A DNA stretch of 64,000 nt. Origin: Camelus dromedarius (lineage: Eukaryota). Below are positions 26,080 to 40,334 of the stretch, one piece after another. The DNA is taken from contig NC_087436.1 in assembly GCF_036321535.1 (NCBI RefSeq), positions 49,788,001 to 49,852,000 of the forward strand. Reading direction: 5' to 3'. The stretch's first letter is position 1; every line of letters starts with the position of its first letter. A model generated the notes under the pieces. That model saw nothing but the letters and a program-made list of their open reading frames with translations. It did no database searches and was not told where the DNA came from. The translations under genes and the position numbers were made by a program.

Positions 26080-28400
26080 GAGAAAAGGAGGGAAGGAGAG
26101 GATCAACCATGAGGGTCTCTAGGTGAGAGATGCTGATGGTATGAACCAGAGTGTCAATAGCTTAGGTGGTAAGAAGTTGTCTGATTCTTGATACCTTATG
26201 GCAGCAGGGCAAATAGGATTTGCTAATGATTAGTTGTGGGTTCTGAGAGAGAAAGAAGAGTCAAGAATGATACCAAGATTTCTGATATGAGTAACTGGAG
26301 TGATATAGTTGACATTAACTGAGTTTCAGTTTTGGTGGCAGTAGGAACAGAGGTGTTCAATTTTAAATAATTTCAGTGGAATTTTCAAATTGTCAGATAT
26401 AAAAATCTGGATAGGAGATCTACATATTGAAGACTTTAGGATATAGATATAATTGAAAACTATGAGATTGGATAAAAACAAAAAGGGAGTGAGTGTAGAC
26501 AGACAACAAAAAGAAGACTAATGTCTAAACCATGGGTCACTTCACTGTTAAGAGGTTAGCAAGGCAGGAGGTAAACCAGGAACGTGGTTTCCTAAAAGCC
26601 AAGTGAAGAAAATGTCAAATGCTACTGATGGGTCAAATAAAAGGAAGACTGAAAACTCTGGACTTAACGAGGTACAAGTCATTGAAAATCTTGATGAGAG
26701 CCTGATTGGAGTCAATTCAATACATAAAAAGGACAATGTGACATTTCATATATACCATTCCACCAGGAAACTTTTCTGTCAAAGGAAGCGACTATACTCT
26801 AGGTTGGGGGAAATGGGGCTAAATATATTTATTTATTATCTATCTATCTATCTATCTCTCTATCTCTCTCTTTGTGTAGTGATAGTCTGATGGTAATGGT
26901 ACAGTTAAGAGGACTAATTTGATGATGAAGGAGAGGGTAGAATTGCAAGAATGAGGTTCTTGAGTGGGGCCAGAGCAGATAAAGTCTAATGAAAATATGG
27001 CAGGGGGAGGGCACAGCTCAGTGGTAGAGCACATGCTTAGCACGCATGAGGTCCTGGGTTCAATCCCCTGCACCTCCATTAAAACAAGAAAGAAAGGAAG
27101 GAAGGAAGGAAGGAAGGAAGGAAGGAAGGAAGGAAGGAAGGAAAACATTGATTTTAAAAAAGGAAATGTGCAGTTTGACTTTAAGTAAGAACATTTAGAG
27201 TTTATTCTGATAGGAGGAAAAGAAAAAATGTCTGTATACAGATTCTAGATGAGTAGTTGTGATGATGGGAGCTTATAGAATTTTTATTCTCATGGTTTCC
27301 ATGAATTCAGTGAATGTAGAGAACTGGAATAAAGAACCAGGAAGAAGTTTTAAAGGTTTGATATATGAAACAGAAAGAGAGGAAAGAGGGACACTCAAAG
27401 TAATATAATTATTCTGTATCATTAAATGCCCACTTGAGTAATCGCCACAAAGCTAAAGAGAGAAAGAGATTTGTAAATTTTTTTTTTCAGCCACATTCAG
27501 CAGTTCAGGCACAGGAATGAAGGAAGTATCAGGCTGTGTTTAACTAGAGTAAGGGTTTTGCTTACGAAGTTTAGCCAAGAGAAAACCAAATGAATTGAGT
27601 CCTATGTAAGAGTGTTCAAACTGACCAATCACGGGAAATGGAGAATGTTTGAAAGGGAGTGTTTATAATAATTGAGTAATCTGGGTATAAAGGGAATCAA
27701 AGTCATGATGGGTGAGGGAAACTGTTATAGGATCAGTGGATTTTAGGTCTGGTGGGAGGGAGAGTTGAAAGATATTTGAGAGCTAAGGATTTGAGGAAGT
27801 GATCTAGAAAGATATGAGGTGATGAGTAGACAGTGGGTCTAGAGTGTGAACACAGAGTTTGGTGACTGAGTCAATGTGGAAGAAACTACCATTGGAGGGA
27901 GACGGTCTAGGACTCAAGAGTACTTGAATAATTACATACCTAAATACTGAAATTACTCCAAATCAAGGAAAGAGTTATGGTGGAGTGAGCCAGGAGCTAA
28001 TGCTAAATTTGTCCAAGATTAAGGAGAACTCCAAAGTCCTTTAGATGATTGAAACAAGGAACAGAAGTAGATGGTATACGGTGGTGACATTAATGTTAAA
28101 GCAGGAAAGACAGGTGTTGGGGAGCATAGACTAGTCTGTAAGTGACAACAAAGAGCAAGGATGAACCTTCCATATCTTCACCATTTGAGATACAGGGCAT
28201 GCAGTGCCTCTAAAGGAACCACATTTCATCATGGGCAAGAAGATAAAGGGAACTTTCAGAGAAGTTGTTGAAGACACGGGGGATTTTGCCAATGACAACC
28301 CGCTTTAGGAGTCAGGGAGCTAGCTGGCTACTGAAAGCACAAGTAGAGAGCTGTATGGAAATAAGAATGTGGAAAATAAACTACGTCCTGGGAATCCAGG
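26080..28400 (-). mobile_element. LINE-2 fragment (its 3' end probably lies at 23575-23760)
   Basis: gagagagaaagaagagtcaagaatgataccaagattt...gtcaaatgctactgatgggtcaaataaaaggaagactga are typical antisense L2. cattta ttcaaatatttcttgagtgc...cctgccctcatgga at 23575-23700 is the L2 3' end. Confidence 0.7.
27003..27145 (+). mobile_element. tRNA-Ala-derived SINE (short vic-1-like form) with (GGAA)n tail
   Basis: gggggagggcacagctcagtggtagagcacatgcttagcacgcatgaggtcctgggttcaatcccctgcacctcc followed by aaag/ggaa repeats. Inserted inside an old L2. Confidence 0.88.
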
Positions 28401-28859
28401 GTTACTGGTTTTGAATGACAAAAATAGTGGTAAAGTGCATGAGTCTTGACGATCCTGATGAGTCCTGATGAGGAGGTGAGTGTTGGGAAGTAGGCAAGGT
28501 TAGAATCTGTGGACCTCTCTTCATCATCTTGATGGAGGTGCAGAGACCTTCATCAAGGTGTGGCCTAACTGCATAGTTATCCTTGTAACCATAAAGTCTT
28601 TGTTAATGGCAAAAAGCCCTTATTGCCAAAAGTGTTGGCTTCTACGTGGGGCAAGCTCAAATACACAGCAGGCACCTCTAGTTTCTGTTTTTTCCACATA
28701 AAGTAAATAATAGGTTCCCATAAAATATCCCTAGTTTTGGTACATGAATGAGCAGAAGCCAGTTGTGGGGTATACTCAGAGCAGTGATAGTAGTGGGAGT
28801 CTGCCATCTCTTCCTGAACCAATTAGTGGTGAGAATAAAACTGCTCTAGTACAATCCTG

Positions 28860-29830
28860 GCATTGCCCCTGGCAGCTTCTTTCAAGCCTTTCTGGACCTC
28901 TCAGCATCGTTATTTCTGTGGACCACTCAGCAATTTAGGAATATCCCTCCTTTTGGGAATTCCTTTCACTATCTCCCTTCCTGATGACTCTTTCTTGTCT
29001 TCTGAAGCTCGTCTGTCCTTTAAATAAACTGTAGGCATTTCTAAAGTTTTCTACGTGGTCTCCTTCCTGTTTTATTTTGTAGCAAGGATCTGAATCTAAA
29101 ATGTCCTCAAGGGACAGAATGTCTCTCCTTCCTCCAAATCATACTCCAATGTAAATCAGAAGGACTTTCTTCAAAAACCCATAACCAAAAACCAAAAACT
29201 GATAGTAAACATCCTGTACTCAAAATATTTAACGGTCTCTTTTTACTACTAAGCAGGTCTCTTTTTTTTCCTTAGCATAATGTTAAGGTTATATGCAATT
29301 TGACTCTGTTCTTCCTGGGTCTCATTTTCCATCACTTTTTCTCTTCTTAGAGGGTCCCTGAACTGTAGCCACATTTACCAACACACTGTTTGTGGGTTCT
29401 GATACATTCTTGTGTTTCTTCAGCTTTTGCTTACACTATTTCCTTTACCCCACATATTCTTTCTTCTCTTCTCCATTTATAGTCAATCCAGTTCAAAGAA
29501 GAATTCTTTTGTGAGGTCTTTCTAAGGAGCATCCCAACCCTCCAAATTGTCCAGTCCTTCCTATTTGCTGTCACGACACTCTACTTAACACTTCCAATAT
29601 AGATGTTCGCAGGGTCTGTTTTTTGTTACACTTTACTATTCATTTCAATTCTTCTTGTTAAAAAAAAGTGAGATAATTGTCATGCAATCTGCACGTGTGT
29701 GTGTGCTTTCTCCTTGGCTGGGTCGTCTCTGTTAGATGATCAGTTTCTCTGGGGCAGTATCTCATTCCCTCAGTTCTTGACCCTATGCCGTGTATCTAAC
29801 CGGTATTTAAGAAATGTTTATTTAGTTAAA
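28860..29830 (+). mobile_element. Highly decayed LINE-2
   Basis: Pyrimidine-rich L2-like segments ending gaaatgtttatttagttaaa. Confidence 0.5.
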
Positions 29831-31029
29831 ACATGATAGAGAATAATCGAGGCTGGAAAGGAAGAGTGGATGGCCATCAGCTGACCATCCATGAGTCAGG
29901 AGAAGTCAGCAGGATGTGAGTTCCAGAGATAGGGATTTTTAAATTGTTTTATCTCTTGGGAGTGCTGTCAAAATTCACTGAGTGAAAAATACTAATACGG
30001 GAGATGACACACTTATATTTCAGCACTTAACCTTGAACAACATACAGGTATTATATAAAAGGTGGAGTTTGCTACCTCCCAAGTCAAATACAATTTCGAG
30101 AAATGGTGGCTACTTTACTCACAGTCAACCTTTAAGAAAATCTCAATATACATAAAGGAGAAAAATGTTTTCCCAAGTATAATATTACAATAAAATGGTC
30201 ATTCTTCTTTTTTACCAAACTTTTAGGTTTAAGGAATGCTTCTCCTCCTTAATTCTATTCAATTTTTTAAATCAATCACTCTTGTGCTGAATATTTTTAA
30301 ATGAATATGGCACTTTTGCATGGATCCCATAAATAAACAAAACGTGCACAGCTTTGTTTATGTTAGGAACCTTCTGCTAAGTGTTGCTTCTATTTATTTA
30401 CTTTTAAATTATGCCAGATTTTTGCAAATTTGAGTCAGTTTGGGGATCAACTTGAAATTTTAAAGACTGGCTATTTACTTTGCTTCAGATACCTTGCAAA
30501 TATAGCAAAGTAATAGTTGTGAGGGCCAGCAGAAGTTATAAGAGGAAATTATTCATGACGGACTTAGTTATAGAAATAGATGTGTCATACCAGAAAATTT
30601 TTTACGATTTCTCTTAATTTAACTTACTTTAACTTCCTCAGTCTCTTTGCTTTTATCCAGAGCTTTTAGCCCCATCTCTTTTATCTTCAGCTCAGATATT
30701 TCTTGATTTGTGTAGCATAACACACACTTTTAAGAAGAACTTGATGGAATCTCGAAGGATAGGTTGATAAATCAAAACCTGGCCCAGAAAGCCATGTTGC
30801 TAAAAAAAAAAACCTCTGCCTACAGACATTCATGGCCGAAATTATAATTCACTATTTCATTCGTGATAAAGAGCTGGCATCCATAAGCTGACTTCCTCTT
30901 ATCATGTATAATCTGGCAGGATTCATGAGATTTAGAACTGGTTAGCTTTTCTAAGAGAGCAGGAATGAGGTGATGGAGTTATATAAAGCAACGGGAGACA
31001 CTGATACCCACCTCACCAACACCCATCTA

Positions 31030-31620
31030 ATCCCCTACCTCCTTCTTCCTCTTTCCTAATTGAACCAAGATTATGCTCAGGTATTTCCTATCCGCCACAC
31101 TGGCGTGGCTTCAGGATGATCTCATCTCTAGCTCCAGGGATAGCAGATACTTATGAAACCAAGTCAATCTCATTCTCTTTGAGAGCGGTTGGTTTAGGGG
31201 GTGGGCATGGGACCTAATTTTGCCTAATGAGATCTTAGTGGAAGTCAGCCTCAGTGCTTCTAGGAAGTGTTCTCACTCTAAAAGACACAGACACACGAAA
31301 AAAGACAGTCCTTTTCTTTACTTGAATGTTTTTTATGCCTGGATGTGATGCCTGGAACTGCTGTAACAGGAACTGTGAGGGAAGCCTGCCTTGGGGAAGA
31401 GCCAAAATGATGAGGATGTCAGAGCCAAGAGGTGGGAAGAGCCTGCGATGCCCGTGACACGCCGGAGCCTCAGATGGCTCCATGCCTGGAGCCTGCCCAA
31501 CCTGCGAACTTCTCACCTAAGCCAGTTGGAGGAATTCTCTCTTTCTTGTAGTCAGTAGAAATCTGACAATGTCCCTTCTCTATATGGTTAAAGAACCAAG
31601 TTATATTATGTTTTGTATAG
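31030..31620 (+). mobile_element. MaLR LTR (MLT1-like)
   Basis: ggttggtttaggggtgggcatgggacctaattttgcctaatgaga...ggatgtgatgcctggaactgctg...ggttaaagaaccaagt. Confidence 0.65.
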
Positions 31621-32912
31621 AGAAAAGATCCACATAGCTGGATTTCTTTGGGGAGTACCTTAGTGGTCAGCAACATAGCTAGAGGTTAGCTTTCATTGGA
31701 CAGTGTTCAAATTTTGGATGCTTGAAATTTGGTAAGGGAAGAGGTGTAAATCAATTAGTGTTGCCCTTGGATAACAGAATTGTTTCTTCTTCACTGATGC
31801 AAGGTAGCCAAAATTACAAGGATAGAATAGCTTTAAAAATAGAAACACTCAAAAGGAAATGTCATCAAATCATCATGCATTTTGAAAGAGCTAAGTTACA
31901 AATAGGTTAAAAACCACCCCTGTTCTTTCAAGCCATGGTACCATCATATAATGTTAGCGGTTACGGGAAAGAGACTAGGGTGTGAACAGTGGCCTCCTCT
32001 TTCAAAGAGCAGTTGTCTCCAAAGAAAGAAATATGACATTATGATGACTATCCAATATGTGTTACCGTTTTAATCATTTTGCTAATTTTCAATTAAATAC
32101 AGTTCCTCTTTCAGCTGCAGTGAGTTAACACAGTTAAAATTTTCATTCTGTTTGTAAAGTAGTTCATACTGGAGTGTGTTTCAGGTGAAAATGGGTCCAT
32201 AAAATAGGAGGCTGAGATAAAACTGACTATGATTTTAAGCTTAGTCTAGATGTAATTTTGCAGGATATAATTTCAAAGATTGGATGCTGATTTTCTAACA
32301 CTGATTAAGGTGGCTGTGACAGTCACGGCTGTATTTCATCGACTGATAGCTGGGGTACCAAGCAGGCCATTTCCGGTCCCCAGAATGCCTTTATGCAAAT
32401 GAGGCCCACCAGAACATGGCATGGCAAGCAGAGCTCCGGGCTGGAGTCCAGCTCCTGCTTGTCCTTCCGGCCAGGCATTGTGGTGCAGTGAGCAGCTAGA
32501 GCAAGTGTCCTCAGAGGCGCTGGGTTGCAAATTCCAGTGTTTCGGTGGACACGTGTTAGGTGCTAGGGAGCGCTAAGAATGGGCTCACTAGAGCCTTCGT
32601 CTCTAATCTCAGAGTCAGCTATTATTTTGGGGAGAGAATGTAGACACAGTGTTTTCAGATCCCCCAATTTTTGAAAGAGACTGGAAGTCTAATTCAGTTT
32701 ATTCAACACCACAGACCCAAGCTAAAGGTGTTTGAGGCCCCAGTGTAAATTGTGGACAGGCGGTTTGTGATTCTTACCTAAAGGAAGCGCGGAGCCACCG
32801 CTGCTTACTCAGATACCACGTTTATCCTGATCCTGTTGGGTTCAGGAATGTCTGAGCTCCTAGTGACGGTGTAACTGAGAGAAGTGGGGCAGAGGCCATT
32901 TTTCATCCAAGG

Positions 32913-33390
32913 TGTGAACAAAAAATACTGCGAACCATATCAGTAAACAAAGAATGCTGGAGCCATCAAGTCATCAGTGGCTGCCACCAGACCCCAGTGA
33001 AGACAAGCCTGCAGCCCAGCCTCTGCAGCCACTCACAATGGTGCACCCTGAGGGGACTCAGAATAAGAAAGGACAGGATACTGGCCCTAGATAGCTAGGT
33101 GCTCGTCAAAGGAGTGAATTCAATGAGCCCAAATGTTTGCTTCCTCCCATACATAGAAAAGCGCTAAATTCCTTAACTTCAGGTGTCTGGTTTTCTTCAG
33201 TTAACAAGTAAGATTTTAATGTTCCAACTACCTGGTCTTTGTTGCAAAACTCCTTATATCCTAGCTCCTCCCCTGTCTCTTCAGAGCAGTCCCTCAGAGT
33301 GATCTGAGAGGCTGTCATCCCAGCTCGAGTCCTCCCGCCAAATAAAACATAACTCTCAACTTTTAGGCTGTGCATTTATTACAGTTGACA
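32913..33390 (+). mobile_element. Solo LTR, class I (ERV1-type), 478 bp
   Basis: TGTGAAC...GTTGACA termini, 4-bp TSD aagg (32909-32912 and 33391-33394), TATA-like cttatatcc at ~33253, AATAAA at ~33341. Confidence 0.85.
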
Positions 33391-35735
33391 AAGGTAAGTC
33401 TCAAGTAGAAAAGACCATAGACAGAGATATAGCAGGCAGGGGGCAAAGTAATAAATGTGATGCTAACGCTGAAGACGAAAGAGAAGGAGTGTATAACATT
33501 AAATACTATGCAGGGAGGAGGGAGATGTGATTTTCAGGTAGTTTGCCTTTTATAGTACTGTTCTACTAAATAGCTCCAACACTTTGCTAACATTAACTAA
33601 ACCTCACAAACCCTTGAGATAGGTAATTACTATAATTAAACTGATATTCCAGATCAGTAAAATGAAACTTAGAATGCCCAAGGTCATAGCGAGATTGTGT
33701 GGCCACATTTGGCAGACAAACTACATGTTCTTACAATGTATTAATCCCCCGGAGAGGACTGTTCTAGTTCTCTTTCAATCTCTCTCTCTCCCCATGTTTA
33801 GATTAAGAAGATATAATGATAGGATAAATAAACTTGATCACTGAGAAGTTAAACTGCAAGTTGATTAGGGAAACTTAAAAGACTACATGGAAAAATATCT
33901 AAAGGAACAATCCATAGTGCTAAACCTTTACAATATGCAAATTCCATTTCAATTAATTGAATTTATTTAAAATATTTCCATTTAAATTGCTGGTTTAGCT
34001 GAATTCATCAATAAATCAAGAAATCAATGCACGTAACGCTTTCTTCATACTATACAACAGCTTAGAAAAGACTGTCATTAGTTTGGAAAGAGAGCACAAC
34101 AGACAGACAGAAGGAACTCTTCTTGTTGCTATAACTACAGCATAACAAAGGTCAGCCCTGGGGAAAAAAACACAACAAACCTTCCTGGATTGAACGTTAA
34201 CAACTCAGGGGTCTTATCCTGAATTCTTCCTCCCAACAAAGAAAGATAATAATCCTTTATATTGAGAAGGGTTAGTTGAAGACAAACTAAACAATGGAGA
34301 CCTATATTTTTTTAAAATTCAAGCATAAAAAATTGGTTTTTATTTGAAATCTTGAGAGTAATATCAGAAATCTGTGCTTTTGCAAGTAGGGACATCCAGG
34401 TTATGATGGAAGTCAAAATCTCAAATATAGGAGAAAAAAAAATAAAAATCACATTTTATGAAAAATTTCTCCATTGTATTTAACCCAGCAAATTTTTTTA
34501 AATGAGTTCAATTAACAGTATTTACTAGAAAATAGTTTAAAATAAATTTAATTTCAAAGTTGTTTCACAGAGCTTAAGAAGTATGACTTTAACAAGCCTA
34601 ATTTTGTGTCTGTAAAAAGTGAATTTTAGAAATAATGTCATTATTCAAATTCTTGGAGATTTTTTACTTGTTTGTTCTGAATAATTACGCTAGTCCTGTC
34701 TGGTAATTTGAAGATTCAGATGCCTATTTACAAGATGTCCAGTTTCTGCAAATAGGTTCATTCAAAACAAAGGTCTACCTCTGCCTTTGAGCTAAGGATA
34801 ACATTAGTTACCTGAGTTTGAGGTTTTGACTGGGAAGAAGGAGAGGGATTGAGAGAGGAGACTCTGTCACTTGCTTTCCAGTGCTCAGTTGACACTTGTA
34901 TACGGGGAGGATGGCTGGAAGCAGAGGAACTGATGCAGTCTCAGCCTGGATGGCTCTCCGGGAAACATGGCCGCTGTGACAGTCAGTGCTTGTTGACGGA
35001 GCTCTAAGAAGTGTTTTCTGGTTAGCTCATAAGATTCCCAAACTTCATATTACTTTATCATTACTTATCTACCTTAATAAGGAAGGAAGCGTGCATGTCT
35101 AAGGCAAATTTTCCTGGGAGAAAGACCAGTGAAGGGTGCCTTGATCTGCCAGGCAGAGGAAAGAGAGACTTCAGACAGCAACTTGGGGCTCAAATTGCAA
35201 ATGTATGTTTATATCTGTGAGTGTCTGGAAGCTACCCACCATGACTTGGTGGGGTTTTTGTTGTTGTTGTTGTTTTTGTTTTTGTTTTTTTACGAAAGTT
35301 GACCCATTATTTCCTTCATGATACTTTGAACAAATCTGGAATGTTATTGCTTGGATTTTTTCATAATCCAATGAACAAAACATACCAAATATTTACGGTA
35401 AAATACAAGGAAGCCCAGATCTTATCAAATCAAGCCAAGTTAGGGAGCCTATGGAAGAAGTGTTCTTCTGGAGATTTTCATTTCTAGCCTATTGTTATTT
35501 CATCTGTATGGCTTTGTGCATTTGGGGACAATTCTATTATACTGCCATGGAGTACTAAAGGTGTAATTTTATAGAAATGAGAATTTATATAATGAGAAGA
35601 AGTACCATGAAGAAATAAGAAATGGCCTAGACCAAATAAGGTCTTGCAAAGAACAATTCTAAAAATTAATGCCCAGGCTAGTATTTGATACATATACATC
35701 TAGTGTCCAAATTGTATGTAAAAGTGAATGAATGT

Positions 35736-35995
35736 GGGTACTTGATTGGCGTGGTTGATTTGAATATGGTGCTAATGAGGCCAAGGTGATGGGTTCAACC
35801 CTGTGACTCATTATTTTCATTATCCTCTATAGTCACCGGTTTTATTCTTACTAGTGGTCAGCCATCCCATAAATGCATCCTAATAGTCATTAGAAAGACA
35901 AGGCAAGAGAGTGTAGATAGCTTAAGACAAGTGTATTATTGCTGGAAAACAGCTCAAAGCACACGATCTGCTGTTGGTAGGTTAAGAGTACCAGC
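35736..35995 (+). mobile_element. Ancient SINE with a tRNA-Ile(AAT)-like head (MamSINE1-like)
   Basis: tggtgctaatgaggccaaggtgatgggttcaa resembles the anticodon and T arms of tRNA-Ile-AAT (TGGTGCTAATAACGCCAAGGTCGCGGGTTCGA). The A box is decayed. Family name from recall. Confidence 0.5.
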
Positions 35996-37289
35996 TCCGA
36001 AGATGAAGGTCAACATTGTGATAATGATGTATCAATACTGAATTTAAAGTGGAAGAAAATAACAGGTGTGCAGAATATCAATTTTAATGACTAATTTCAT
36101 CAAATTCTACTTTATTGAGTCACTAAGAAAATCTGAAAGTTCCCTTAAAATGTTCACTTAAGGGATTTTAAAATGTCATTTTATTATGAAAGAATAACTC
36201 ATTATAAGCAAAAAGTCTCTTTTAGATCAATAATAATACTACTTTCATCTTAGCTTGTGGTTCTTTACTAATTAAAGAGTTTTTTGATATGGTCATGGTA
36301 AGGTGATCAGCGTTTTCTGGAAGAAGTGAGTCTACTACCAGAAATAGAGAGTTCTTGCCAGATGTAATGGAAGACAAGATTCAAAAACTGGGGCCAATTG
36401 GAGAAGAGCTTTGAATGCCGTTTAATGAATTTTGCATTTTTATCCCGTGAACAATGGGGAACGTCCTTCTGCGTTTTGTGTCTGCTACTTCCTTCCATGC
36501 GCAGAGCATGGAAGGTTAGGTGCCCTCTGTGAGACAGGCGCTGTATGAGGCGGGGCACAACGCTGAGCAAGACACAGTCCCTGATGTCAAGGACCTCCAG
36601 TTCTGGTAAAGAAGAGAGATAAATAAAAATCCCAGGTAGTTATAGTCAAAGAAGACTTAAAGGAATTTTTCCCTATTTGTTTTATCGGCACATTGCTCCT
36701 AAGAAGGGTGTGATTACTGTATCATTATTTTCAGCATGGATCACTACGGAAGAGGCACGGGCTCAGAGACTGTGAACAGGAATTGGGAAGGTGGGTTCTA
36801 GGATGTTAGGTGAGATTGCTCCACACTCCTTTCCCAACCTGGATGGTGAGCAGTTTTTGTGACTAATAGGGAACACCTTATTGGTGGAGGGAGGAAAACT
36901 TACCTCTAGGTTGTGAAAACACCAGCAGAGAAGCTGCTAATGCCTGAGATTTATCTCTAAATCAGTTTATTTTAGATTTATGGTATTTCCTCTGCTTGTG
37001 TTACTTCTGCTTTCTTTATTCTTTAGTGAATTCTTGTTTGATTATTTTAACCATAGCTTGGCTGTCCTACAGGTATTTAAGAAAGCATAATTTGTTCATA
37101 GTTGCCAAACTTTCCCCAAAGTCATTAAGACTGCTTTTAGTGGTAATCTCTAAGTGCGGTAATCAGCAAAAATGATCCCAAGGGAAGAGGACACTCACCG
37201 TCGGTTCAGGGCGGTTTGGTCTAACTTAACCTCTCCAGCAGGTTAGTCTCCTTCTAGTGCTGCTCTGTGTGAGAAGCTGTCAGTGGCCC

Positions 37290-37670
37290 ACCGAAAATGT
37301 CTCTCCACTCCACAGTAATAGAGTCGCATCTAGGAAGTTGATACCCAGCTTCTTTGCAGCCAGTTGTTGTCTGTGACTGGTGCCTGACAATTGAGAGTGA
37401 GCTGTGGTGCTGTGGGTCACTTCAAGACCAAGGTCTTTAAGAGAGGATCATGGTCCCTCTGTGACCTTCCGCTCGTTTGATGTCGTTGATGAGCAGCCCC
37501 TTGGGGATGGCAAAATCCCAAGATAAAAGGAAGCTGAGCCCATGAATCACTCATAGAAGAGAGCCATCCTCTGATCTGAGAGTCCCACCCTGGATTGTTA
37601 CATGCACAAAAAACCTGCTTCTACGGTTTTTGCGCTGACACATTTTGAAGTCTATTCATTACAACAGATA
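37290..37670 (+). mobile_element. MaLR LTR (MLT1-like)
   Basis: cccagcttctttgcagccag...caagataaaaggaagctgagcccatgaatcac...ttttgaagtctattcattacaacag. Confidence 0.6.
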
Positions 37671-38369
37671 AACTTCCTTTTTAGAGATTCTGAATGATGA
37701 TGATATTGATCACGATCATGATGAAAGCAGCAGTGCTTTAAAGATATTTCACAGCATAACACAAAATTCCTGTGGGGTAGGAGATACTTTTTCAAGTGAT
37801 ACTCAAATTGCAATTTTTAATTTTTCCCATGAAGGTATCAGTGAAGCACCTGAACCCCTACTTCAGGTCACAAAACTTACAAAGCATAGTAAAGGCCCAA
37901 ACCACTTCCAGGGAATTAGAAGCTATAGCCGGCATTTTGCAAAGGGAATGAACTTTAAATTTTAGTACTTTATCGAACTATGAATTCCAAAGGAGAGTTA
38001 ACAGAGGACTCAGTGTTCTGGATGATTGTTCTAAAAACTTTGACACATCATCCAGGAGAAGACAGCTTAGAACATGGAATAGTCTGAATTGTGGCAGATA
38101 TGCGAGTGGCAAAACTAGTACGGATAAAAAAATAAAGGATATGAGGTAGACCGGAAAAGAGATGTTTTGCTTTGTCACATTTGGCTTAAGGATGTAATCA
38201 ATTCCCTAGTAGAAATGTAATGGATGTTATATCAAAGCCATGAGGTATACTGTCTATAATATACTTTGTATGTTCAGTTAGTGTCATGTTAATGGGGAGC
38301 CCATGACTATAATGAAGGCCAAGGTTTTAGTATGCAGAGAGGGTTATTGATTAATTAATTATTAATAGT

Positions 38370-38640
38370 GACACTAGGGTAGAGGTTATAAGCATAAGGT
38401 TTTGGACATAGAAAGGAATGGGTACAGATTTCAGCCCTGTTACATACTAACTTTTTGACCCATTTGGGTTATTTCTATGGACCACAATGTCCCCAGCTTT
38501 TCATCGAAATTTCTAGTTTCTATGGGCTTATTATTTCCACTGGATATAAAAATAACTACCTCATGTTATTTCAAGGACAAAATAAAACATCTGCAAATTA
38601 TTTAGTACAGCGTCTGACACAGGTGGGTCATTAACAATCA
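38370..38640 (+). mobile_element. MIR SINE
   Basis: gtagaggttataagcataaggttttggac...ttcagccctgttacatactaac...tttagtacagcgtctgacacag. Confidence 0.6.
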
Positions 38641-40265
38641 CTCTTATTAATTGTTAAGACTAAACATTCTGAGTTTTTCCTTTATAGGCTAGAAGGTAAA
38701 ATTCTTTGGAATTTTTAGCTTATTTTCTCTCATTTGTTTAAAGTTTCATTTTGAAAGTGAGCTTGAAGGATTCTGAAAAGGAAAGCAAGTTTGGCATAAG
38801 AAAGCATGATGTCTTTATTTGATTAAAAAAATTGTTTATTTGCAAACTGCAAGAACCCTAATGTTGGACTGATATTTTAAATATTTTGGAAAAATGTTTT
38901 AAGAATCTTTCATCTTTCCAATGTGTTTTCATTCATTCAGAAGTGCCTATATTTTGCTGATTTCCTATGATGTTCGGCTCAAAAAAAAAAAAAACCAAAT
39001 GGAAAATTCCCTTGCTTCCACAAAGCATTAACAAGAGTATAAAAATATCTTATCAATGAACTTAAGCAATTATTAATCATGCAGTTATTTTGTCTATAAA
39101 TGCTAACTAAATGGTTTGATTGATTTTTTAACTGAACTTATTCTATTTCCTTTAAATTACAAAACATGCATATTGATCAATGAGTCCCCAAACCATCTGC
39201 CTCCAATTTCAATAGTTGCCTAGTCTTGAAGCAGCACCTCCATTTATGCACACCACAGTTCTTAACATCTTATTAATACTCAGTCCTCCAGAGTTGGCAG
39301 AATCTTGATATAGTCAAGGTCAGTCTTTTGAAAATTCAAATACAAAATGATTTAAAATGTCTTTTCAGCATTTTGTTGTTATAAAAGAGTCATTATTATA
39401 CTTTTCTTCCGTCTCTGAAACCATACTATTGCACTTTCCTATAATTTTAATACAGAACTTTTACTTTGCTTTATGACCAGTGTAAGTAATCTGAATTTTT
39501 CCTCCTTCTGTAGCTTATCATTGACCATATTTTCTTTTAAATTTATCAAAAGATTCTTATTTATATATTTCATGACCATTTATTTACACTAGAACATACT
39601 TCAATAATAGGACAGCATGTAACTAGGAATATCTCATTTCTATAGGGCAGCAGTGAAGAAGTTAATTCATAGCTGCATTTATGAGTTTTATTTATATCTG
39701 ACCTGTGGTAAAAAGATTTATCTTTCAATTACTAAACTATTTTCCCCAAGTGTCAAGAAGTCGTACATAGATTAATGTAGCTATAAAAATAGTTTTTGTT
39801 TAAGTAAAGTTTGGAATTAAAAATAGGGCAGTAAGTTAAAAATCAGATTTAATCATTGGAACTAGCAGATGGAATAGTGAAAGCATGGGGTTGGGGAAGT
39901 AGTGGGGGAGAGGAAGAGGGAAGAGAAACGGGAGATTGATTTTGAGATCGGTGAAGCTGCACATCACCAATTTTTTACATTCTGGCATCATAATATTTGA
40001 AAGATCTGGACAACGAGAACACCGATCCGTTTTCCCTTACTTTAAAGATCTAAATGATAATGATGTTTTAAAAAGTCTTCCCGGGCACATCAGGAATATT
40101 ATTTGAAAGTCATGCGGTAGGGTGCGAACTAAGAGTGTTCTCCAAACAAACACGACCTTTTTCTCTGTTTCTTGTACTGCTCTTCTCAACCCAGCCAGAA
40201 AACCCAGACAAGTTTATTTACACACACACCCGCACACGCACACACGCACACACACCCCCCAACAC

Positions 40266-40267
<2 letters not shown>

Positions 40268-40331
<64 letters not shown>
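40268..40331. repeat. Perfect (AG)32 microsatellite
   Basis: Uninterrupted AG run, preceded by an imperfect (CA)n. Confidence 0.95.

Positions 40332-40334
<3 letters not shown>

Noticed and set aside
27003..27078. tRNA-Ala-like genes (also at 49625 and 55310)
   Set aside because: No tRNA anticodon loop of normal form; A-rich tails, and a clear TSD at 49625, show they are SINEs.
35736..35810. Functional tRNA-Ile gene
   Set aside because: The A box and acceptor stem are degenerate; best read as a SINE head.
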